A DNA stretch of 61,668 nucleotides, the filler included, from Candidatus Omnitrophota bacterium (GTDB lineage: Bacteria > Omnitrophota > Gorgyraeia > Zapsychrales > JBDRMG01), in the NCBI GenBank assembly GCA_043812495.1. It is 9 parts of 9 records of this genome, joined end to end, with 100 filler letters (N's around TTAATTAATTAA, not from the genome) between each part and the next. Parts side by side here need not be neighbours in the genome. Positions count along the whole stretch, not along the records: positions 1 to 5,533 come from JBDRMG010000034.1; positions 5,634 to 11,584 come from JBDRMG010000035.1; 7 more parts are not named here. One strand, 5' to 3'. The translations under genes and the position numbers were made by a program. A model generated the notes under the pieces. It searched no databases. It saw only the letters and a list, made by a program, of their open reading frames with translations, and was not told the origin of the DNA. Positions 1 through 8,600 of this stretch are shown here, piece after piece. The stretch's first letter is position 1; the number at the start of each line of letters is the position of its first letter.

Positions 1-164
1 ATAAATCAAGGGGAAATGAAGAAAATTTGACGCAACGCATTGAAATGACGTAAGTTATGATTCCGCAAATTTTACGTAAAGACAGTTTTTCAAAATAAAC
101 GTAAAAAAATTATTTTAAAATATTTTTTAACAAAGTACTGATAATATTTCGACCCCTCTGAACC

Positions 165-1418
165 ATGTCTTTGTCAAAAAATAAAATACAAATTGTTTTC
201 ATTATCATATGCTGGGCTCTTTACGATCTGGCCAATCAGTTTTTTGCCCTCAACGTGATCTCGGTCTATTTTCCGCGATGGCTGACTTTGGAAAAAGGCT
301 CGCCGGAAATCTTCTATAGCATATCCTTCGGGGTTTCGATGTTTTTGATCGCTTTGTTGGGTCCCCTTTTGGGGACGCTTGCGGATTTGCGCGGCCGTCA
401 AAAACCGTTTTTGATTTTCTTTACACTGCTATCCATTGTTTTCACCTGCTTGATTGGCTTGACCTCGAGCGTTGTTTGGGGACTGCTCTTTTTTATACTG
501 GCCAACCTGGGATGCCAGTTGGCCGTGATCTTTTATAATGCGTTATTGGTGGATGTGGCTCCGGAGAATAAAGTCGGCATTGTATCCGGCTTGGGACGGA
601 TGTTTGCCTATAGCGGCGCGGTGCTGGCGATGGCTCTCACGAAGCCCATTATTCAAAAATGGGGTTATGAAGGGACCTTTCTTGTGACCGGAGGGTGCTT
701 CTTGATATTTTCGCTGCCGGCATTGATTTTTATCAAAGAGAAAAGACCCCTGAAGGATTTTCCTCTGCGTTCCTTCTTGACCAAGGACAGGATCACACAG
801 GTCTTTCAGAAAATCAGGATGACATTATCGGCCGGCTATGAATTTGCGGAACTTCGTGATTTTTTGAAAGTCGTTTTCTTCGGATTATCCGCAATCAATG
901 TCATGATTCTTTTTATGTCGATTTACGCGAGCAAGGCCTTTGGACTCAATGAAACGCAAATCATCGACTTGATTGTCTTCTCGACATTGTTTGCCATGAT
1001 CGGGAGTCTGGTATCAGGGTGGATCAGTGATCGTGCGGGTTATAAGAATGCTCTGGTCGGCGTCTTTGGCTTGTGGCTATTCGTGTTTGTCGGGGGCGCC
1101 TTTGCGGCCGCACCGTTTCGGTGGGTGATTGGAGCGGTGGCGGGTTATGCCCTTGGCTCGACATGGGTGATCACACGCGCCTGGGTTGTGCGCATGGCCC
1201 CCAGGGAGAATATCGGGGAGATATTCGGGCTTTTTAATTTTGTTTCGTATTGCGCGGGAATTGTCGGGCCGCTTGCCTGGGGCTTGATGCTGATTTTATT
1301 AAGAAGATGCGGCCCCTGGCAATACCGTTTGAGCCTGCTGAGTTTGTCGGTTTTTATCGGGATCGCTTTTGTATATTTGCTGAAAATTCCGAGCGTAAGA
1401 GAAAAAGCGAAAACGTAG
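165..1418 (+). CDS. MFS transporter (UMF1/Atg22-like)
   Basis: 417 aa with about 12 hydrophobic helices; N-terminal WALYDLANQFF and MFS loop motifs GTLADLRG and GWISDRAG. Confidence 0.9.
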   Translation: MSLSKNKIQIVFIIICWALYDLANQFFALNVISVYFPRWLTLEKGSPEIFYSISFGVSMFLIALLGPLLGTLADLRGRQKPFLIFFTLLSIVFTCLIGLTSSVVWGLLFFILANLGCQLAVIFYNALLVDVAPENKVGIVSGLGRMFAYSGAVLAMALTKPIIQKWGYEGTFLVTGGCFLIFSLPALIFIKEKRPLKDFPLRSFLTKDRITQVFQKIRMTLSAGYEFAELRDFLKVVFFGLSAINVMILFMSIYASKAFGLNETQIIDLIVFSTLFAMIGSLVSGWISDRAGYKNALVGVFGLWLFVFVGGAFAAAPFRWVIGAVAGYALGSTWVITRAWVVRMAPRENIGEIFGLFNFVSYCAGIVGPLAWGLMLILLRRCGPWQYRLSLLSLSVFIGIAFVYLLKIPSVREKAKT

Positions 1419-1452
1419 AAGAATTTAAAGAAGAAGAAAGAATAAGAAAGAA

Positions 1453-1487
1453 AAGGGCCCCCCGCCATAAATGGTGGGGGGGCCCTT
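1453..1487. terminator. GC hairpin between convergent genes (bidirectional terminator or REP-like variant)
   Basis: aagggccccccgcca-taaa-tggtggggggccctt lies between the stops at 1418 and 1518. Confidence 0.55.
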
Positions 1488-1517
1488 CATTATATTCCCC
1501 TCAATTTCAAATCTAAC

Positions 1518-1934
1518 TTATTCTCCCTGAAGATTATTGTGGCTCGCGATGACCTTCCATCGGCCGTCGAATTTTTTCCAGGTCATGGTATAGCGGCGGA
1601 TGGCCTGGCTGCCTGCGCTTGTGTCCGATTTGGTGATGGTAAAAAGATAGTATTGGACGATCGCGATGTCCCCGTGCATAACGATATGCTGGGGTTTGAG
1701 ATAATGCTTGAGGAATTTCGTATTTTTTGACCAAAATCCCACCCAATCCTGAAGCCAGTCGTGATCGACCGGATAGGGGCTTTCGTGGCCGAATCCCACA
1801 AAATCCGGGTGGATATATTCGATGAATTTATCCACCTTGCCTTCCACCAGGCATTGCCAGTGGTCTTCGAGCGTTTTCCAGATTTCTTTCTGATTGTCGG
1901 TCCATTTTTTGGATATTGAGATATAGGATCCCAT
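1518..1934 (-). CDS. NTF2-like / DUF4440 (SnoaL-like) protein
   Basis: 138 aa; YIHPDF, GDIAIV and the C-terminal RYTMTWKKFDGRWKVIASH pattern. Confidence 0.8.
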   Translation of the reverse strand: MGSYISISKKWTDNQKEIWKTLEDHWQCLVEGKVDKFIEYIHPDFVGFGHESPYPVDHDWLQDWVGFWSKNTKFLKHYLKPQHIVMHGDIAIVQYYLFTITKSDTSAGSQAIRRYTMTWKKFDGRWKVIASHNNLQGE

Positions 1935-2054
1935 GGTCGTTCCCCCTTTGAAAAGTTAAAGTATCGATTTCAAACGCGGGTATTATAACACAAGCCGACA
2001 AAAAAGCCGAAGTCTAATTTATGTTGGGCCTTCGCTATAAGCGGAGGCCCGAAG

Positions 2055-2260
2055 TAAATTCCGGCATTTGAGTTACGTTCCGTCAATTCGATAAAATCGA
2101 ATTGACGAGACCTCGCGAAAATATTAAGAAAAAGGCGTGCGTTTCACTCCGTAATTCAAGCCGTCATTTATCGCCCGCCGCTAAATCGTTGGCGGGCTCG
2201 AAGTTAATTCGGCCAGCGACTTACGTTGCTAAAGCTGCCGTAAGTCGCGGCCTCGTTCAA
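2055..2260. repeat. Cluster of nested palindromic elements (two GA/GA-family hairpins plus inserts)
   Basis: 2055-2170 shares its flanks with 38652-38706; 2204-2260 is a second family member; 2173-2197 is a CCGCC/GGCGG hairpin. Confidence 0.8.
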
Positions 2261-2266
2261 AAGAAC

Positions 2267-2294
2267 TTGACAAAATAACGAAGTGAAGTACAAT
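2267..2294 (+). promoter_or_regulatory. Putative sigma70 promoter for hflKC
   Basis: TTGACA-16 nt-TACAAT upstream of hflK. Confidence 0.5.
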
Positions 2295-2516
2295 CAGATA
2301 TCGTTTGTAAAGGTTTTACTAAGTTTTTGATAGATCTTTTTATTTTTTATAATTATCCAACGGGACCCACGGACCCGCTTCGCCGATGCGAAGCGAGGCG
2401 AGCAAATCCGCAGTAACATTGTAAGCGCCTTTTAAAGGCGGAAGCCTTAAGTGACTCCGCTTATTGCCCCGCAGAATGCGGGGCAGCGGTGCGAATCGAA
2501 AGGTCAACGAGCGAAT

Positions 2517-3512
2517 ATGGATTTTAAAATACCCGATACACCGGAAGAATTATTTCGACAAGGGAAAAAACATATGTCCCGGGCCAATAGGCAGATACCT
2601 TATATTGTCTTTGTGATGTTTTTTGCAGGTCTGGCCTTGTCGAGCTTCTATTCTGTCGGGCCTGACGAAGTCGGTGTTATCCGCCGTTTTGGCAAATATA
2701 CCAAGACAACCCAGCCGGGCTTACACTGGAAACTCCCTTTCAATATCGAGAAACTCAATAAGGTCAAGGTCAAAAGGATTTACAAAGAAGAATTTGGTTT
2801 TAAAACCGTTCAAGCGGGCGTTAAAACCCAATATTCCAATAAGTTATATGCTGAAGAGTCCCTGATGCTGACCGGTGATTTGAATGTCGTGGATGTCAAC
2901 TGGATTGTGCAGTTTAAACTCGAAGATCCGGTTAAAGCCTTATTTAATATCCGCAACATAGGCGTGACCGTCAGAGATATTTCGGAAGCTGTTATGCGTC
3001 AGGTCATAGGAGACAGCTCTGTCGAGGAAGTCCTAACGACACGCCGTATTGAGATTAATCAAGACGTGCAAGATAAAATGCAAGAGATCTTAGACAGCTA
3101 CAATATCGGTATTCGAATGGTTACGGTCAAGCTGCAGGATGTGAATCCTCCCGAAGAGGTCAAGGCCTCCTTTAATGAGGTCAACGAAGCCAAGCAGGAA
3201 AAAGAAAAGGTCGTTAATCAGTCCTGGGAGGCCTATAACAAAGTTATTCCCAAGGCCCGCGGAGAAGCAGAAAAAACCATACGGGAAGCCGAAGGTTATT
3301 CCTTGGAGCGTGTTAATCGGGCTAAAGGCGATGCCGTTAAATTCATTGCCACATGGAATGCCTACAAAGAAGCCAAGGATGTCACCTTAAAGCGTATGTA
3401 TCTTGAAACGCTCTCCGAGGTGTTGCCTCAAGCAGGACGGATTTATGTCATGGGGCCGGAAGGGAATAAGCTTTTACCGTTACTTAATCTATCGCAAGAA
3501 GGTCAAAAATAA
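2517..3512 (+). CDS. hflK: FtsH protease modulator HflK
   Basis: SPFH domain (MLTGDLNVVDV, LQDVNPPEEVKASFNEVNEAKQE, IPKARGEA); ATG at 2517 preferred because the GTG extension runs through a hairpin repeat. Confidence 0.93.
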   Translation: MDFKIPDTPEELFRQGKKHMSRANRQIPYIVFVMFFAGLALSSFYSVGPDEVGVIRRFGKYTKTTQPGLHWKLPFNIEKLNKVKVKRIYKEEFGFKTVQAGVKTQYSNKLYAEESLMLTGDLNVVDVNWIVQFKLEDPVKALFNIRNIGVTVRDISEAVMRQVIGDSSVEEVLTTRRIEINQDVQDKMQEILDSYNIGIRMVTVKLQDVNPPEEVKASFNEVNEAKQEKEKVVNQSWEAYNKVIPKARGEAEKTIREAEGYSLERVNRAKGDAVKFIATWNAYKEAKDVTLKRMYLETLSEVLPQAGRIYVMGPEGNKLLPLLNLSQEGQK

Positions 3513-4471
3513 TGGCGAAATTAGGAAGTATCCTCCTGGGTCTTATTGTGATGGTCGTGATTCTTTCTGCCAGCGGGGTTGTTTATACCGTTGATGAAAC
3601 CCAGCAAGTCGTCGTCACGCAATTTGGCGAGCCGATCGGCCGGCCTATTACAGAGGCGGGCCTGTATTTTAAATTGCCGGTTATCCAGATCGCTAATTAT
3701 TTTGATAAAAGAATCTTACAATGGGACGGTGATCCGAATCAGATTCCTACGCTTGATAAAAGGTATATCTGGGTCGATACGACAGCGCGTTGGCGCATCG
3801 TAGATGCATTAAAATTTATGCAATCCGTCGGAACAGAGACGGGCGCCTATGCTCGATTGGATGACGTTGTTGATGCAGCGGCTCGGGATGCCATTTCCAA
3901 CTTAAAACTGGTCGAGACGGTACGCAATTCCAATCGTCTGCATGAGCAATCTATTAGCACGAAACTGACAGATGAGATAGCGGCCGAGGATACCAACATT
4001 GAACGCATCAATGTGGGACGCGGGGCATTGACCCGGGATATTTTAAAACGCGCCTCTAGCATTGTACCGCAATATGGCATTGAACTCGTTGACTTAAGAA
4101 TCAAGCGGATCAATTATGTCAAGGAAGTTAGTCGAAAGGTTTTTGATCGCATGATCTCAGAGCGTAAGCGTGCGGCTGAACAATATCGCTCTGAAGGGCA
4201 GGGTAAAAAGGCTGAAATAGAAGGGCAAATGGTCAAGGAGCTTCAGGAGATCAGATCCGAAGCCTACCGCAAGGCCCAAGAAGTAAAAGGAAAGGCCGAT
4301 GCCGAAGCGATCAAAATCTATGCCGATGCCTACAATAAAGACCCTGAATTTTATTCCTTCTTGAGGACCCTCGAAACATATAAACAGACCATTGGTTCAG
4401 ACACAACACTTATCTTGGATACCGATAGCGATTATTATAAATATCTAAGAAGTATTCAGGTTGATAAGTAA
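3512..4471 (+). CDS. hflC: FtsH protease modulator HflC
   Basis: SPFH domain; RMISER and IYADAYNKDPEFYSFLRTLETY; translationally coupled to hflK. Confidence 0.93.
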   Translation: MAKLGSILLGLIVMVVILSASGVVYTVDETQQVVVTQFGEPIGRPITEAGLYFKLPVIQIANYFDKRILQWDGDPNQIPTLDKRYIWVDTTARWRIVDALKFMQSVGTETGAYARLDDVVDAAARDAISNLKLVETVRNSNRLHEQSISTKLTDEIAAEDTNIERINVGRGALTRDILKRASSIVPQYGIELVDLRIKRINYVKEVSRKVFDRMISERKRAAEQYRSEGQGKKAEIEGQMVKELQEIRSEAYRKAQEVKGKADAEAIKIYADAYNKDPEFYSFLRTLETYKQTIGSDTTLILDTDSDYYKYLRSIQVDK

Positions 4472-4581
4472 TTGTTTGCAAAAAGGTCTTCTCTCCTGAT
4501 TCAATCCGGCTAACATTGCGCCGACAAAACACCCGAGAATTCGTGTCCCCGGGAATTCTGAATAATGATATACTGTTGGCG

Positions 4582-5274
4582 ATGAAAGGTCCCGGAATAA
4601 AAACGATACGATTGTACTTAACGATTGCCGTCCTGCTTTTTGTCTTGGGCGGCTGCTCCACGGTTAATTTTTCCGCGAACTACTATACTCCGCCGAAGAA
4701 CTATCAACAGGAAGTTCAGGGGCTCTTTAATAAATTGATTCGCCGGTTTGCGCCGGATCATGCCTATGCGCTGCGCGTTGTGAGCGAGAACGAGTCCAAA
4801 GGATTAAAAGGCATCCCCGCCATTTCAAACCAAACGGTGATTCTTCCGGATAATTTCATCAAATATGTGTATCAAAATTATTATGATGACCGCAATATCA
4901 TATTCACCTGCGTGATCGTGCACGAGCTCTGCCACGATGTCTATAACCTGCCGAGTTCACCGGCCGAAATTCACTTCAAGACAGACGCGCAAGCCATCTC
5001 TTTGCTGGGGACCCAGGATCAGGACACCGCAAAATATTACTATCAGTCCCTGCGGGTCATGAAAAATTATTGGTTTGCCCGCAAGGGCGTAGCGGGGCAT
5101 ACTCTCAATGCCGGATGGAATGTTCTCAGCGCCGCTTCCATGGCATTCGGGGGACCCGGCGTATTTATAGACTGGTTTTCGACGGATCTGGAAAAACGTT
5201 TGCAAATGATTGCCCGGCACTATGGGATTAAAAGAAGCAGCGCTTTTGAGCGTTCCCCCGGCCTCGGCAAATGA
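4582..5274 (+). CDS. Lipoprotein with HExxH motif (M48-like metallopeptidase)
   Basis: Lipobox LGGC; VIVHELCH followed by a downstream TDAQA motif; start codon uncertain. Confidence 0.6.
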   Translation: MKGPGIKTIRLYLTIAVLLFVLGGCSTVNFSANYYTPPKNYQQEVQGLFNKLIRRFAPDHAYALRVVSENESKGLKGIPAISNQTVILPDNFIKYVYQNYYDDRNIIFTCVIVHELCHDVYNLPSSPAEIHFKTDAQAISLLGTQDQDTAKYYYQSLRVMKNYWFARKGVAGHTLNAGWNVLSAASMAFGGPGVFIDWFSTDLEKRLQMIARHYGIKRSSAFERSPGLGK

Positions 5275-5346
5275 CAAAAGCCGGTTGGAAAATAAACGGG
5301 ATTAGACCTCGCGATCATACGAATTGGTGACTGCTCCAGGGATTGA

Positions 5347-5485
5347 ATTGCGCAGACGTCTGCGCAATTGCCTTCTTAGAGCTAAGTTACGAGATTGCAA
5401 CGAGTTATTTTCGGATTCACCAGGCGTCTGACCGATTGCCCTAAACTCGCTATTTTCTAATTCATCAGACGTCTGATGAATTGCC
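5347..5485. repeat. Three related palindromes with a CAGACGTCTG core
   Basis: aattgcgcagacgtctgcgcaatt and aattcatcagacgtctgatgaatt are perfect palindromes; a degenerate copy lies near 5415. Confidence 0.7.
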
Positions 5486-5533
5486 GGGAGAGATAGTACC
5501 GGTAGAGCGTGAGGGGGGGGGGGGGGGGGGGGG

Positions 5534-5633
5534 NNNNNNNNNNNNNNNNNNNNNNNNNNNNNNNNNNNNNNNNNNNNTTAATTAATTAANNNNNNNNNNN
5601 NNNNNNNNNNNNNNNNNNNNNNNNNNNNNNNNN
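5534..5633. other. Artificial contig linker (first of eight)
   Basis: N run with a central TTAATTAATTAA; repeated at 11585, 16875, 21516, 42726, 52944, 57179 and 59518. Confidence 0.99.
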
Positions 5634-5634
5634 A

Positions 5635-8600
5635 TTTTTTCTGGATGTTCCTCTTGAAAAAATCAAACAGATAAAAGACATTCTAAGCCAAAACGAATAC
5701 CGTGCTGTCAAAACTTCTCAAGGTTATCTATTAAATACAGATTTGATAGAGCTTGCTCGTATTCTTCGCATCAGTTTGCCGACGGCCTATACATTAATTT
5801 ATGTGTATGCGTTTGAGTGCATACAAAGAGTTCTTCAAAACGCAAGCGAAGAAGACAAAAATAAAGCTCTTGATAAGATCTTTGATCTGCTGCCACGATT
5901 CTTGCGATTCATTTTTAAAGAATACGCGCCTGCAACCCTTGTTGAAAATCAAGGATATAGTCTCCGGAAAGAATATTTAATACAGGCTTTCGGACAAGAT
6001 GCTCTCATTGCCATGTTTGGCGCGATTATTATTACTCAAATTTTTGAATTCGAGAATACACAGACAAATAATCCAACCACGTTGATGGCTGGTTATAAGG
6101 CTGAGCGCAATACCCTTATGGGCATCCTTAGTGGGCTCTTCAAAACAACAGATCAACCGAATGTGCTGGAAGATCTGATGGGATTCTGTCGTGCGCTTTG
6201 GCAGAACGGCTTTGCGATTTCTTCGTTTGAAAAACGGCTCGAAAGTCTTAAAGATGCATTGAGAGCCGAGTTAGAAAAACTAGGGTTTGTGCTGGTTTGC
6301 GGATCACCAGTGACCTCAGCGCTCGAACCTCTGTTGGCCGATATCCAAGCTGCGCAGTCCCCGCTATCCTCGTTGGGACTTTTCGAAGAGCCATTCATCA
6401 CTTATTTTAGACAATCGAAGAGATCACGACCTCAAGCCGGAACACCTGCTTATTTTACCGAACTTTCCCATGCTGTTTCGAATACCTCAGCGGAAGTTGT
6501 CGCTACACTGGCGGTCAATCATGCCTTGCCATTGGCCAACATGGGGGATGCCGAGATCATTGCGCATTACAGAGAGTATTATGATGGACGCATGGCCGCG
6601 GCCATTAAAGAAAAAGGGTCGGGAGGATCTGTTTCCCAAGAAGAACAGCTGCGAATTTTCATGAAATACGTTGATCGATATTTTGAGTTTTGCATGTTTC
6701 CGGATGATGTTTCCATGGATACGTGGGGCTTTGAGAAATTGGAAGAAATGATGGAGCGTCTGGGATTAAACAAAAAGCTTTTCACTCTGGAAGAAGATGT
6801 AGGTTATTACACAGAATACCTTCTTTCGATTGAGCACTTATTTGAGAAAATCGATCCGCGTATAAAAAATGAACTTCTCGCAGCCATTTTTGCATGGTGG
6901 CGTCAGGCCAAATCCAGAAAGAAAAAGGGCAAGACAAAATGTGTCGGCTTCAGCCAGGCCTACGCCGCGCTTTTACCGATGTTAAAAATCGTTGATCCGA
7001 AAGATATTTATATCATCGGCAATCTTAGCCACATGTATATTTATCTTGATATCGGTCAAGGGTACATCCTTTCAAATAAAATGCTTTTATCATTCGAAGA
7101 AATCAGAGGTTTTGGCCTTGAATTCCCTCCGTATCTGCGTTCACGCGAAACCCGCTGGACCTGTTTATGCACGCCACTGAATCTGATTGTTACGAGCCGG
7201 GGATATTACGACGGCATGTCTAATGCCTCAAGCCTTCCTCAAGAAGAAATCGGGAGGATCATGGACAAGCTCAACCAGTTCTTCGGCTGTCCCATAAGAA
7301 CCATTGACAGGAAAGGTGTGAGTTATGTTCATGATCCTATCTGCTATCCTCAAACGATGGATGATTGTGGTGCTCCGCGAGATATTCAGAATAAGTACTT
7401 TGATCAAAAAGAGACGGGTCCGCATTCCATCGGAACTTATGCCAAATACGCTTATCGTTCTTTGGATGTTAAGTATCTTCAAGTCTATGCGATAGCAGCT
7501 TTAAGGGACTATCTGGTTTTGATTCTGGCTAAGAAGATGAAAACAATGGATGACATACTCCGTTACGCGTCAGATTTTAAATTCCAAGAATCATTTCTGC
7601 AGCCGGAAAATGACCGCATTGCCCTTCCCGATGAAGTTATTAAATTCAAAGGCGGCAGCGCGAGAGATCTGGCTTTGTTGATCTTCGCTTTGATCAAACA
7701 AAACCCGCATTTCTCTGAGGCCGATAAGGAAAATACATACATTCTGTTCTCAGAAAAAGAAAGTTATGTTTTCACCCAAGGGACATATATTGATACACGG
7801 ACTCTAGCAGCGGTTTCTCCCATTGCTGATGATAAATACCGTATTTTCAATGAAAAGGGAGGTGACTTTGATATCGGTGTTTTACAAGAAACAAGACCAC
7901 CTCAAGAGGACACCAAAAAAGAAGAATGCATTGTCCCCGAACATCTTTTAGAGAGAGCCAAGGTCGTTGCCCTTCATCTTGCTCGTCATAATTATGAAGT
8001 GAAAGATATTAGAAAACCGTATCATGGCGAATTTGTGCGATTGAAGGCCAAAGATTTGAATGCCGCTGATTCTTTTGTTGATATTGTTATTTATCGCGAA
8101 AATTCTATTGAAGCAAAAAGGATCCTTCAGATAAAAGAAATGCTTGGAGGAGCGTTTCATCCGCATCTTTTGAATATTACTTCCGTCATTCCCATGCCCA
8201 ATACCGGATTAGTGGCTGTTGTCAATGAATCGCATGATTCCATGATGTCCCTCTGGGAGTTCTTGAAAGACAAAACAGACTGTCGCTTTGATAATCTGCT
8301 TAAAATCCAGAGCCAAATTCTAAATGCTTTGAGCTTCTTGGGCGCACGTGGTTTATATTATTCTTCATTTTCACCGGCTCCGCTCTTTGTTGATCAGAAG
8401 GGTGATTTGAAGATGAGTTTGGAATGGGCGTTTGTGCTGGATAACGCCATTGACCATCGTCAAGGAGAAGTGGTTAAGAAAATTTTGACCAACTTTATGA
8501 TGGTCAGTGATTTTAGCCGGCTTGGGCAATTGATGCTGAATCGTGACGGTATCGAACGGCTTGAAAGAAGGGAGATAGAAACAAAACTGAAAGAGGATTG

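Noticed and set aside
2400..2460. Cobalamin or c-di-AMP riboswitch upstream of hflK
   Set aside because: Only scattered short matches; no B12 box or ydaO core motifs.
2451..2516. N-terminal extension of HflK from a GTG start
   Set aside because: It runs through a hairpin repeat; the same peptide (PLxAPQNAG) appears in the spurious ORF 21635-21910.
5513..5533. 21-nt poly-G tract (phase variation or G-quadruplex)
   Set aside because: It sits at a contig end and is typical of a sequencing artefact.
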